This document shows, piece by piece, positions 19,801 to 26,546 of a stretch of DNA of 34,132 nucleotides; within the stretch, counting starts at the first letter, position 1, and each line of letters opens with the position of its first letter. The position numbers and the translations under genes were made by a program. The notes under the pieces are model-generated. The model did not search any database. It saw only the letters and a list, made by a program, of their open reading frames with translations, and was not told the origin of the DNA. This DNA is from a virus (taxonomy: Duplodnaviria; Caudoviricetes), in the IMG/VR virus record IMGVR_UViG_3300042299_000163, positions 1-34,132 of that record. One strand, given 5' to 3'.

Positions 19801-20273
19801 TCGGCAGTTTTCTTCAAAGTGTCTTCAGCATTTAAACCTTGTCTAGAAAATTCTAAACTTGCCTTAGCTGCATCTTGAAATGAAGAAGCTGTTAGTTTAG
19901 CAACTCCAAAAAGATCAGAAGAAAATTTTTGTAATTTATCTGTGCTTAACCCTAAAACACGATTAATATCTGTGATATTTTTTTCAACTTCTATAGTAAC
20001 ATTAGCTATTTCTCTGAAAGCTTTACCTACACCACCGATTACCGCTGTAGAAGCTCCGAATGCAAGTACGCGAGCATTAGAAGCTGCGAGCGCAGATTCA
20101 AATTCTTTTAAGTTGCCAGTGATTCTTCCTAATGGCTGAGTAAAACTACCTGCATTAATTTGCAGATTCAGTTGATTCTGTGATGCATATCTTGCATTAA
20201 ATGCGGCAACGCCTTGAGCGATACTCTGCGCTAATGCTGTTTGACTAGCTTGAACACTAATTTGTACTGCCAT
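10887..20273 (-). CDS. Tape measure protein (TP901-family N-terminal domain) with an internal array of cargo domains
   Basis: 3128 aa. N-terminus is TP901-type (EKNITDINRV...AAKASLEFSRQGL...IGNALKTIFTRL), with long A/Q/E/K coiled-coil stretches and hydrophobic Gly-rich segments. The C-terminus has two GG..D..PAxLxxGEY(V/I)xN motifs. It lies between chaperone-like and tail-tip genes. Confidence 0.93.
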   Translation of the reverse strand: MAVQISVQASQTALAQSIAQGVAAFNARYASQNQLNLQINAGSFTQPLGRITGNLKEFESALAASNARVLAFGASTAVIGGVGKAFREIANVTIEVEKNITDINRVLGLSTDKLQKFSSDLFGVAKLTASSFQDAAKASLEFSRQGLNAEDTLKKTADAMTLVRLTGVSATQAVEDLTAATNAFKETGLTTNDILNKIVAVEQQFAVSADDLTSAVSRTGQAAKEAGVNFDQLNALVASAQEKTARGGAVIGNALKTIFTRLQRTETLDQLENFNIAVRDIEGNVLPAIQILQNFAGAYKDLSSAQKASLSEQVAGVYQVNILKSIVTDLNEKQGVYNRALDYGTQATNEAEQANAKLNLTLAALISQTGTNLQQLSNNIGKVTFEPVFKSLVSPFNDAVTYINDLLEGEGIGSQFANGLLLGIKNILSGPGLVGAVAVIGKVITNTFSYASSALPALFGITTETQKRKNIEEAVLKIIQSQSQVSLALRGQQGNLVAQSQTLFNLAQAQTAEYQQQLATAKQLAAALTPRNITVGQAGLQVGKIKAGGYIPRDVQNAEVMGAAIGGYKAGKVINAPVGGVMNTAEKIKYIPGFAQPFINPPAGSKAGRMHRIKSINQTGVDPYAANGFLPNFAIPQAYVEEKYDNVVKGKTPNKLRNSYSLNIDGLPSDRLNADLNLDFKGTKIDAGYSNADEIPTRNKYFDQIYGQIKIVKFLEKEMLTNAVDSIWEKVTSGKNDYSPDDSILKLLLSPDLTKQAFNRALLKNNVSLQDLRDKYNRSIGGQPLQNKTFKTVKTKRELKTPKDFQESLSGDKNNFIGSFYEGILLNNLKGYVLADNEYSAVDLVGDKYNLSLPPLEAKGGQAELDQLIRKGIRSSSLKADDKTGPENFGRLVVVQPYGSGLAYNSGFIPNFSPIIDDNYFDKHAFPGGTAIGPIPDKAIQNILDRQRKRQMTYLDFDRTLVRTMGDIAYAKVAPEQKKGVLQKMFLDKEARLKDVKGSKLTQFGELLRQKIQQKIIDPSLLGLMTASDETPGMPEYISSIWGIQKRNQVYSAKPGTKEARLASLGVSANGFIPNFATGLSPKVTRLPWLKSFANKEWFNRFPWFNDIDLKNTSQNMDYNPYTGERKLIAGSEMFRELNFLTHGNNKNITTGNSPLFSYLYEEYVRDILNEVTKNKSIKDAEEAGFPMRDKYGNPTKFDPFKAANTAPMDALIRNRAGRIGGIEIKGGTEENWKTKDILKKEQDFETQNPGSTLGRRTRVYSNMYKGTDFLTKGLLKRLGVDKAKTITNKLISFYADKIAGHESEIESNWRNNKGLSGGFIPNFSMGDRMRENMMQNNLRPIVHDLKTGKEAYAQPGIKGKEYLYHKDAYNAELKTAGADINDYDFAELPNLVRGFIYPNGTITWDYSEKQQEALQDPNVKAKILAKLNAVQTRIPKPIPTKAKRISPLAAFRNEGFIPNFADPKIKINSGKDAVESFYSKNSEVKGKKLTGGVIAFPIPQTTDLYSVGSSAVNIQGSGFGIPLYDAVLAEISKRGGWLTSDRLTVSDKAKRIWDGYRKLRTGDVNSKKLPMKNWFLDPAFNGGSYEFPMNPQDLSKYKSTWPSENDPIWSLQYAYQFKKSKLDELVKNNMASGFIPNFAYQQAVMSLEESMSGNKAILDKTTGPFPFVRNSSQPNFASAVADHGGVKNALSDSMAGQKAAGLMANGNIPNFAAPNPITLTGKGYAGNAKVEQAINNYLKSIDILTISNGDIRKALDGLYKTLGLTGQEFEKLKKEVVAHAKAEKKAAQAFIGPMPQQNTATTAAAAVPLGPPNPTALQSARLRASSFGRKANTFAQGIGNNLAFTLGAPLIAGQLESAITRGRDRSEMSVGERFAGSAISSGLTNISTGASLGTALAPILGPLAPFGPAIGAATGAIVGLGTAAFGASDNLEDLQKKAENYRNQTQEAIQSGKGIIDTVKALGNLDPNSLEAFDANQKLEEYFVKISETGLDEKFREAGSDVEKMTEAIKAYEMERMAGAKRVAESANRMSKKDLSIEELGKKGILRTEKAAVTKYAQNQGLGGATSSYVVMEDVIASTGEAGEANFKKIVTQNSQLFADLENVQNQLEGNFAEFATEFKSQFSDLVFNQGELSDMLKKYNVTGVDANALAIQLQEVAKDNGDYGKFIVNNFDKIIEGLVSGKYKTAAEAAKAQKEIAQRQEGVRQKLFQYSQAIEQAIANTAMQIENYDFEKSFGKLNLEKSSQLINDGLAAISKNIDNAFKNQFDLLVGETANIQQKKMLDFDAANFERGFELQKQSRTLGRSKELVTVLQGALEETAAGNIDQVVEAFQKTGKVDISTISGLKKGEESKRAIQAFNLTTSLEEKAAKNKDDNARKTFMAEQAYANKSLELKTAVGKLDYDLSERRYKNTLREKELVDSITNQNKQIQIKGQAEIERSRIETESPYFMLGRGEFAISDEKRAREAQNTQKGFELEARQAIADAEIARIQREVFADNTDATLQNTTAIEDLIMAMTQEGAKNFETQTNKIAELDKQIQNVGSTISDEAMQRDPLIVQKERKKLEEEKQKILSSSEYASGKAASDLRNRQIEMQVARQELQNRRTKGGSFGSMDLSSIKDPVNYLKERASEERKILQTLEDQKESLVIQSEEGNLTLEQSQKLKTLDEQIAKQRSVVNDVDNANLSIQEKITTEKTRQNQLDKDREKRGKFGTGVSKALGDIRTEIDTFEERLGGTTVTAFRDGLVGAMDAAINRTDDLGSALLEVAGGFLKSIQNAMFQQIANQIVSGAGFAIGKQKGGVIHAQAGMYISDAGRTGDVNPAMLEDGEYVLNRKTVKALGGPKEIDKLNFGMFPRFGVGARRFANGGNTGSMQAAASMNEPFAELSEFGKENNPEYQKYLERIRAEQAKKDAKKAQRSALIRSLIGTALTTGLMMGVGSLAKGMGPKGAGGASAPKGPGIDKPADLGYGVGSSSTTSLAIGTGGQTGGLFSGKRFANGGYLPYGNRLNDSIPALLSGGEYIVNSKAVRKYGVGGLNRINSGVARFQDGGLVGDTAKTNANTESSTSNNVSVNITVNATDGKAQNEQSSADGGDDKNRALGNKIKEVVLQVITNEQRTGGLLDSTKKK
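11120..11880 (-). repeat. Two tandem copies of the TMP C-terminal GG...DxxPAxLxxGEY domain
   Basis: GDVNPAMLEDGEYVLNRKTVKALGG...LNFG...RFANGG and NDSIPALLSGGEYIVNSKAVRKYGV...INSG..RFQDGG. Confidence 0.85.
15135..18392 (-). repeat. Seven dispersed G-(F/N)-(I/L)-P-N-F-(A/S) peptide repeats within the TMP
   Basis: In-frame copies at 18372-18392 GFLPNFA, 17535-17555 GFIPNFS, 17043-17063 GFIPNFA, 16299-16319 GFIPNFS, 15888-15908 GFIPNFA, 15354-15374 GFIPNFA and 15135-15155 GNIPNFA. Degenerate copies are QPNFA (~15240-15254) and YIPGFA (~18489-18506). Confidence 0.95.
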
Positions 20274-20281
20274 ATTTTTAA

Positions 20282-20288
20282 TTACACT
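20282..20288 (-). promoter_or_regulatory. AGTGTAA element before the TMP
   Basis: AGTGTAA-N8-ATG(20273), in a 24-nt intergenic gap. Confidence 0.65.
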
Positions 20289-20297
20289 TAAAAACTA

Positions 20298-21284
20298 TTA
20301 AACTCCCATGATTTTCATTAAATCATTCATGTCCAACGAGCCACCTTTTTTCTTCGCTTCTTCTGACAAAGAAAGAGTCTTTGTCGTACCTTTGTCCATA
20401 TTAAGATATTTATAATCTTCTTTTGTTGCGCCAACGATAGATTGTGCTTGACCATCTTTTTCTTTATTAATTATATCTTTAGCTTTTTCATTAGCGTTTA
20501 CATAATCAAAAATCTTCTCAGGATCTCGGCGGTATTCTTCTGGCATATTGTCGTTTTGCATAAAGATATTCTTAAAATATCTTGCATAAATTAGCGTTCT
20601 TAATTGATTAAACGTTAATTTAGTTACTGGAAGACCAAAAAAATGAATAGGATCTTCTGAAAACGATATATAATAACTAAAAAAGTCCTGCAATACTGTC
20701 TTTTGTATATTTAAATCAGTGAATTTGCGATTAACTTCATTATATTGTTCAATTATATCGCCAAGATCTGATACAAGAATCTCATCGAATTCTTCATCAG
20801 AGAATTTTTTATCTGTTAAAGATGCATCTGTGTACAAAGTAAACTTTAAAAAGTCTTCTGTATTTTTTTGATCAGCGTAATTCTCGCAAGTATTACCAAG
20901 ATAAGAGTTTCTTGTATTTTTTAACTTGTTTAATTTTTTAAGACTTTCTTCTATTTGACTATTGAAAGCGTCAATTTGCGATTTTAAATATGTAGTTTTC
21001 TTTTGATCTTGCAATTTTCTAACAAAAACTTCTTCTTGATTAATCTTGCTTTCATCGGCTTTTGTCCAAAATCCTTCTTCTTCTAAATTAGCAAGGGCTT
21101 CCTGAACGGTAGGAAGCCCATTTTTCTTGGCGTATTCTAGATGTTTTTTTCTATTTTCTTCTATATAACTCTGTTCGATAAAATTAATATGCTTCACATA
21201 GGCTTTTCCAAAAACAGTTTCGATTACAGAAAAGCCAGCACATATATCTTTAAATATATTTTTATAGAATAGAGAATCATCCAT
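20298..21284 (-). CDS. Putative tail assembly chaperone
   Basis: 328-aa helical, charged ORF immediately upstream of the TMP; assigned by position only. Confidence 0.45.
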   Translation of the reverse strand: MDDSLFYKNIFKDICAGFSVIETVFGKAYVKHINFIEQSYIEENRKKHLEYAKKNGLPTVQEALANLEEEGFWTKADESKINQEEVFVRKLQDQKKTTYLKSQIDAFNSQIEESLKKLNKLKNTRNSYLGNTCENYADQKNTEDFLKFTLYTDASLTDKKFSDEEFDEILVSDLGDIIEQYNEVNRKFTDLNIQKTVLQDFFSYYISFSEDPIHFFGLPVTKLTFNQLRTLIYARYFKNIFMQNDNMPEEYRRDPEKIFDYVNANEKAKDIINKEKDGQAQSIVGATKEDYKYLNMDKGTTKTLSLSEEAKKKGGSLDMNDLMKIMGV

Positions 21285-22038
21285 TCTGTTCTCTTATGAT
21301 CTTATCGAACTCTTCCTTATCAACGACTCCAGAGAAGAACCAATAACTAAACAAGCTCGCTAACTTTAGATAAGTGTTTTGATAAATAAAGTCTTGCTCG
21401 TCTTCCATCTTTGACAACGCTTCTTCCTTTTCTTCGAAAGTGTTACCCTTGAAAATGGGAACGAAATCTTTATGACCCAAGCTTGTATCTTTATAATAAG
21501 ATAGATTTAAAACGTACCACAAAATAGACTTATTCTGCGCCCTCGCATCCGCCGTGTGACTGAATAAAGTCAAATAACTGCTTTCACGCTGAACAATTTC
21601 TTTTCTCAATTCTAGCATTCTATTTTCTTTTTGTTGAAGTTCTTGTACCTGGTCTTCCGTCTTTTCAGCGTCAGGAATAATTCTGAGATTTACGATGTCT
21701 ATTTGTACTTGCTGATAATCTGCATAAGCTTGCGACAAAGCCTTTGTTTCTTTTTCTCCATCCAAACCTCCAGTATCCTTGTACTTATTTAGCAACATGT
21801 TCTTTGTTAGGATACCGAGTTTAATAGATTTACTCATCTCTACAGAAAAAACTAGCTCTGCCTCTTGAACCTGCTTTCTGTTTGGTTCCTTCAATAAAAT
21901 CTCTATTGGAATAACCTTTTCTACCTTTTCGGTGATGGTTCTTTGTTTTTCGATGCCATCTTCCAAATAAGTTTCTATTCTTTTTTCTTCTACTTCGGCT
22001 TTCTTTTCTATATTAAACGTGTAAATACTCTTAGACAT
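21277..22038 (-). CDS. Putative tail assembly chaperone
   Basis: 253-aa helical, charged ORF overlapping the next gene by 8 nt; assigned by position only. Confidence 0.45.
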   Translation of the reverse strand: MSKSIYTFNIEKKAEVEEKRIETYLEDGIEKQRTITEKVEKVIPIEILLKEPNRKQVQEAELVFSVEMSKSIKLGILTKNMLLNKYKDTGGLDGEKETKALSQAYADYQQVQIDIVNLRIIPDAEKTEDQVQELQQKENRMLELRKEIVQRESSYLTLFSHTADARAQNKSILWYVLNLSYYKDTSLGHKDFVPIFKGNTFEEKEEALSKMEDEQDFIYQNTYLKLASLFSYWFFSGVVDKEEFDKIIREQNG

Positions 22039-22072
22039 ACTTATAATAAAGTTAATAAATTAAATTTCTATT

Positions 22073-22528
22073 ATGGCTACAAGTTTATTATCAGATAGTG
22101 AAAAAGCCGCTTTAGACTTAATAATAGAGGATGTTCACGAAACATTCGCTCGTACTATTACAGTCTTTAAAGAAGCGTCTGAAGTTGTCATTATCACTGA
22201 TCCAAACTTTAATCCATTATATAATACTGCCGGTCAAACGACCTCTATCATAAATACACCTGTTTACAAGCAATTTAAAGCAAGAATTTATTATAATGAT
22301 GATATTAGAAAACAATATTGGAGCGAAACTGCCGTAAATACCCAAATCAAACTAGAAGCAGTTGTAGGAACCGTAAGACTAAAAATTAGAGCGGAAGACT
22401 ATGAATATATTAAAGATGCTAGACGTTTTGATTTAGATGGTAGAAGATTTGTTTTAAATTCATCTTTTAGAGGCCACGGATTATTTGATAGCCAGTATTA
22501 TACTTTATATCTCAAGCCTGATCCATAA
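22073..22528 (+). CDS. Putative head-closure/head-tail joining protein
   Basis: 151 aa, beta-rich pattern (F.RxITV...FKARIYY...VRLKI...FDLDGRRFVL) typical of stopper proteins; first gene of the neck-tail operon. Confidence 0.5.
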   Translation: MATSLLSDSEKAALDLIIEDVHETFARTITVFKEASEVVIITDPNFNPLYNTAGQTTSIINTPVYKQFKARIYYNDDIRKQYWSETAVNTQIKLEAVVGTVRLKIRAEDYEYIKDARRFDLDGRRFVLNSSFRGHGLFDSQYYTLYLKPDP

Positions 22529-22529
22529 G

Positions 22530-23123
22530 ATGAACCTAAATCCACAAGATTTAAATGCAATACTAAGACAATTAAACAAACAGCCAGAATACACCTCTTA
22601 TGCCGACAAAGCTATTTCAGATCAATTTGATAAATTAAAAACAGAGATGCTGGCTGATTTTGATAATCATCCTATTACTGTGGAAATAGAAGGAGGAATA
22701 GATGCTTCTAATTCTTCTAGGACATTGAATGGTATTACTAATTTGTATTCTTTCATCGGTTTTGAAAATGGCGACAGACCAACTGAAGTCATTCGCCAAA
22801 TGTTAAAACAATCTTCTTTTAGAAAAATAGTACAAAATAATTCAATAATAACTTATATATTTGAAATCCCAACGGCTAAACAAATATTTTTAGCCACCCC
22901 TTTACCTTGGGAAACCGGAAGAAGCTGGGCAAAAGGTATAGAAGAAGGTATTTCTGGATTAGGATATTATGTAAAACAAGTTAAAAACAGTAGATCTGGA
23001 CTTGGCATTCAAAGCCAAAACAAAGTTAGAAACGATGTTCGATTTAAAAATACCGCTTACATATCTAAATTAATCAATAAATATAATAAAAAAATTCAAG
23101 AACTAGAAAAATCAATTTTATGA
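22530..23123 (+). CDS. Putative neck/tail-completion protein
   Basis: Likely start is ATG 22530, right after the upstream stop (the track start at 22485 overlaps the previous gene). It contains WAKGIEEG and lies between stopper-like and terminator-like genes. Confidence 0.45.
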   Translation: MNLNPQDLNAILRQLNKQPEYTSYADKAISDQFDKLKTEMLADFDNHPITVEIEGGIDASNSSRTLNGITNLYSFIGFENGDRPTEVIRQMLKQSSFRKIVQNNSIITYIFEIPTAKQIFLATPLPWETGRSWAKGIEEGISGLGYYVKQVKNSRSGLGIQSQNKVRNDVRFKNTAYISKLINKYNKKIQELEKSIL

Positions 23124-23983
23124 AACCCAAATTTACGCATGACATAGTAAATTCATTCTTTTTATGGTATGATAACTTTTTGATGAAAAGAAGTGATGCT
23201 TATAAAACTTACACTACTAAATTTTATAATTATGAAGACCCAAGACTAGGAGGCAACAAAGTTGTATATGGAAGTCCATATAAACAATGGGTTTTTGACC
23301 ATAATATAACTGGAGCGGTTATACCAAGCGGCTTAACCGTCAATGGAAACTTTGTTCCTACTGGAACAAGCGGATTAATGCTCGATTTTAATAATGGCAG
23401 AGCAATATTTAATAGCGGAGTGTCAAGCGGTTTAAATATAACTGGCACCTACACAGTAAAAGAAATTAATAGTTATATAACAGATCAACCAGAAGACAAT
23501 TTAATAATCGAAGGCAAATATATACAAAACAGTCGTTTTACTGTTCAAGAAACATATGTTCCTCCATATAATCCCGTCACACCTTGTTGCTTTATATCTT
23601 TAGAACATAATTTTAACGAACCTTTTTCATTTGGCGGTCAAGATCAAACGAATATAAAAATAAAAAGTGTTGTTTTTGCTGAAAATCTATATCAATTAGA
23701 CGGTGTTTTAAGCACTTTTGCCGATTCTTTCAATAGTTGTTTTAAAATTATACCAATGACCGCCCATCCATTGGGAGAGTTTTCTCAATTAAAAACAGGA
23801 TTATATCCTACTGGTTTTAATTACGCTAACGCTATAACAAATGGTGGATTTACGAATCCTTGTTTTATATATGATATTGATATATCTAAGATTCGCGACA
23901 ACGTTCTTAAAGAACTTAATCCAAATTTGCACATCGGATTCATGGAATTCAACATTGGAAACGTTCGTTTCCCAAGGAATTAA
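23120..23983 (+). CDS. Putative tail terminator/neck protein
   Basis: ATGA-coupled and directly before the major tail gene; the C-terminal half has P..FIS...PFSFGG...IKSVVFAEN.YQLD. Confidence 0.5.
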   Translation: MKPKFTHDIVNSFFLWYDNFLMKRSDAYKTYTTKFYNYEDPRLGGNKVVYGSPYKQWVFDHNITGAVIPSGLTVNGNFVPTGTSGLMLDFNNGRAIFNSGVSSGLNITGTYTVKEINSYITDQPEDNLIIEGKYIQNSRFTVQETYVPPYNPVTPCCFISLEHNFNEPFSFGGQDQTNIKIKSVVFAENLYQLDGVLSTFADSFNSCFKIIPMTAHPLGEFSQLKTGLYPTGFNYANAITNGGFTNPCFIYDIDISKIRDNVLKELNPNLHIGFMEFNIGNVRFPRN

Positions 23984-24040
23984 TTTCCCAAAAATACTTT
24001 TACTCTGTAAAAAATATTAACAATTTAACTATACAAACAT

Positions 24041-25468
24041 ATGTCAAGAAATCGTGTAATATATCAAAGCAAAGCTTTATTTATCGCTCCAAACGCAACA
24101 GGAGTTCAACTTTGGGCTTCTGGCGCACCAACCGCTGCTGCCGCTAAAAATCAACCTCAAGATGGAAATGTTGCTGCTGGTTTATCTGGAACCTATGGAA
24201 CAGGTCTTCTTTATAAGCTAGATCGCGTACAAAATTGTAATTTTAACTTTACAATTAACCGTCAAGATGTCAATGAATTCGGTAAACTAGCTCGTATCGG
24301 AACTATCGTTAACGAACCACCCACCGTAACTCTTGATTATAGCTATTATATTACTGATGGCTTGAATGAAAGATTGATGGGATTCAATTTCGGTGGAACT
24401 ACTACATCAACTGCTGGCGCTCCATCTTGGGATACTGCCATGGTATCTGGAGCAGGAGCTGTTTCTGGTTTCTTATCAGAAACTCAAGGACAAAATTATT
24501 ATATTTTAACTGTTGACGAAGGTGAAGACGTAGTTGGAGCATCCATCACATCTCCAACTGATAGCGTAATCGCCATCGGTAATGGTTTCGTTACTAATTA
24601 TCAATTTACAGCTTCTGTAGGCGAAGTTCCTACTGCTTCTGTAACTGTTGAAGGATTCAATATCAAGAGTGATGTTAGAGCTGGAACTGCTGGAGTAGGA
24701 TATAGTGGTAGTTCACCAGCTATTTACAACGGTTCAGCGACTTCTCCAGCTACAAGAATTACTGGATATAATAAGTATTATAAGATCAATGCTGCTCAAC
24801 TTGGGACAACAGCAGGTACTGGATCAGCCACAGTAACAGCTTTGAGACCAGGAGATATTGTTCTTACTGTTCCAGGAGCTAGTACATCAGCAGAAGATAC
24901 CTTTGTTAATGTTGAAAATATTGGAACAAATGCTATTAACATTCAAAGTTTTGGATTCTCAGTTCCTCTAGCTAGAACAACTCTTAGCAGACTTGGTGCC
25001 TTGTTCGGTTACAATCGCGTTGTTAATGTTCCTCTAAATATGGATATTACTATTAACGCATTAGTAAATGAAATGGTTGATAATAAAGATCTATTTGATT
25101 TTCTTTGCGGAAATCAAACAACAAAACAATTCACAATTACTTTAAATCAATGTGCTGATGTCGGACAAAATCCAACTCCAAAGATTTCTTACAACTTCCG
25201 TGGAGCTATCTTGACCAGTGAAAATCACACTCAAGATATCGGAGGTAATGAAACTGTTGATTTGACCTATTCAATTCAAATCGGTGGAGCAAACGATTCT
25301 ACTAATGGATTGTTTATGAGCGGAAGTTATGCCACTGGAGTCAACATGGCTCTAGAAAGTGGATATGCTCTTCCTGCTAATGATCCTTCTCAAGGAACAG
25401 CCTTCTACTCTGGCTTAGGATACACTATCGCCAACTTCTACACAATCGGTAGTGGTAGAAATTATTAA
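24041..25468 (+). CDS. Major tail (tube) protein with internally duplicated tube fold
   Basis: 475 aa, G/A/T/S-rich, followed by a strong terminator. Its two halves are alike: RVQNCNFNFTINRQDVNEFG..PPTVTLDY vs NIQSFGFSVPLARTTLSRLG..PLNMDITI. Confidence 0.75.
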   Translation: MSRNRVIYQSKALFIAPNATGVQLWASGAPTAAAAKNQPQDGNVAAGLSGTYGTGLLYKLDRVQNCNFNFTINRQDVNEFGKLARIGTIVNEPPTVTLDYSYYITDGLNERLMGFNFGGTTTSTAGAPSWDTAMVSGAGAVSGFLSETQGQNYYILTVDEGEDVVGASITSPTDSVIAIGNGFVTNYQFTASVGEVPTASVTVEGFNIKSDVRAGTAGVGYSGSSPAIYNGSATSPATRITGYNKYYKINAAQLGTTAGTGSATVTALRPGDIVLTVPGASTSAEDTFVNVENIGTNAINIQSFGFSVPLARTTLSRLGALFGYNRVVNVPLNMDITINALVNEMVDNKDLFDFLCGNQTTKQFTITLNQCADVGQNPTPKISYNFRGAILTSENHTQDIGGNETVDLTYSIQIGGANDSTNGLFMSGSYATGVNMALESGYALPANDPSQGTAFYSGLGYTIANFYTIGSGRNY

Positions 25469-25482
25469 TAAATAAAAACAAT

Positions 25483-25513
25483 AAACCCCCAGTCGCAAGA
25501 CTGGGGGTTTTTT
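25483..25513. terminator. Bidirectional rho-independent terminator
   Basis: AAACCCCCAGTC-GCAA-GACTGGGGGTTT-TTT: perfect stem with a GNRA loop, a T tract to the right and an A-rich tract to the left, between convergent genes. Confidence 0.92.
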
Positions 25514-25531
25514 ATTTAATTTAACTATTAA

Positions 25532-26047
25532 TCAAGGTCCAATGCCATATCCATAAGGATAATAGAAGTATCCAGAACCAGTAAATATAGGCGAACCATC
25601 TTCTCCCGCTACTTGAACTGGTGCCGCTTGATATATATTATAAGCAGTAACTAATCTTTCCATTTCTTCTCTAGCATCATTAGCTAATCCACGATAAGTT
25701 TTAGCCAATTCATTTTTATTTGTACGGGTAATCATGGTATCACCTTCACGAAGAGTAACGAAATCAACACTAGAATCTATTCCACGAAGAACTTGACGAG
25801 TTTTCTTTGTATAAAACTCGTACAAATACATTTGTTTATATATCGATCTTTCTTCCTGTTTAAATTCTCCTGTAGGAATGAAATTAGAACCATCAACACT
25901 AAAATTAGTAAATAATTTTGTATTTAATAGTCCGACATTATTACCAAGCCATCCAGAAATATAATAAAACTGGGCATAACCACTGTCGTAGTCGAATTCG
26001 TTTCCAAAAATCTCATCAGCCAAATCATGGACGCTATAATTAACCAT
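25532..26047 (-). CDS. Putative head-tail adaptor protein
   Basis: 171-aa helical protein with a beta-hairpin-like VTLREGDTMITR followed by a long helix, as in adaptor proteins; preceded by the AGTGTAA element. Confidence 0.4.
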   Translation of the reverse strand: MVNYSVHDLADEIFGNEFDYDSGYAQFYYISGWLGNNVGLLNTKLFTNFSVDGSNFIPTGEFKQEERSIYKQMYLYEFYTKKTRQVLRGIDSSVDFVTLREGDTMITRTNKNELAKTYRGLANDAREEMERLVTAYNIYQAAPVQVAGEDGSPIFTGSGYFYYPYGYGIGP

Positions 26048-26056
26048 ATATACTAC

Positions 26057-26063
26057 TTACACT
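26057..26063 (-). promoter_or_regulatory. AGTGTAA element before the adaptor-like gene
   Basis: AGTGTAA-N9-ATG(26047); overlaps the cysC stop codon. Confidence 0.6.
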
Positions 26064-26512
26064 TTTTTATTCATTTTATGAACTATTTCGTTGTAGATCA
26101 TTTTAGAATAATAGTTACTATTCTTGCTTTTGACTTCGATATCAAACTTTTTTGGCGGCTCAAATACTTTATTCGTATCCTCATATCTTGATTGATTAAT
26201 AGTATTCATAAAGATTATAAAATCAGGATTAAATTGATCTCTAGTTTTCTGCAAAGGACACACGAAATCACAAATAATTATTTCATTATATTGGCCGTGC
26301 ATATCAGCCAGATCTTTCATTCTTTTGGCTTGGCGCTCACGACCAGCTTCGCTGAAATCCCAATCATTGAATTGTTCACGAACTTTGTCTGCATTTAACC
26401 AATGGCACTTATAATTACTACTTAAAAGATAAAACAAATCTGCTGCTAATGTGGTTTTACCAGATCCCGGTAAACCCATGATTAACACCTTTAAAAACGA
26501 ACCAACTGACAT
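26057..26512 (-). CDS. cysC: Adenylylsulfate (APS) kinase-like P-loop kinase
   Basis: Walker A GLPGSGKTT, LNADxVR, DFSxxGRxRQ, DFVCP and FEPP; a short CysC-like form. Confidence 0.82.
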   Translation of the reverse strand: MSVGSFLKVLIMGLPGSGKTTLAADLFYLLSSNYKCHWLNADKVREQFNDWDFSEAGRERQAKRMKDLADMHGQYNEIIICDFVCPLQKTRDQFNPDFIIFMNTINQSRYEDTNKVFEPPKKFDIEVKSKNSNYYSKMIYNEIVHKMNKKV

Positions 26513-26517
26513 AATAT

Positions 26518-26546
26518 ATGGTATGGTTGAAAAGATATTTTTTCAA
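26518..26546 (-). promoter_or_regulatory. Putative sigma70-like promoter giving a leaderless cysC mRNA
   Basis: Minus strand: TTGAAA(26546-26541)-N17-TACCAT(26523-26518)-N5-ATG(26512). Confidence 0.4.

Noticed and set aside
11071-20139. Numerous short plus-strand ORFs antisense to the TMP (also 1324, 4520, 23230, 26192, 26857, 27082, 28201, 28936, 30948, 31461)
   Set aside because: They lie wholly within well-supported genes and have no motifs; expected shadow ORFs.
21270-21330. Lambda G/GT-type programmed frameshift between the two chaperone-like genes
   Set aside because: No X-XXY-YYZ heptamer seen near the end of the first ORF, and the second ORF has its own overlapping ATG.
22019-22047. 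GTGTAA-N17-TATAAT suggesting GTGTAA is a -35 element
   Set aside because: In the five best copies the ATG is only 8-15 nt downstream, which is incompatible with a -35 role; likely coincidence in AT-rich DNA.
26451-26522. Track's N-terminal extension of the sulfotransferase (likewise 22485-22529)
   Set aside because: They overlap neighbouring genes; downstream in-frame ATGs give typical N-termini.
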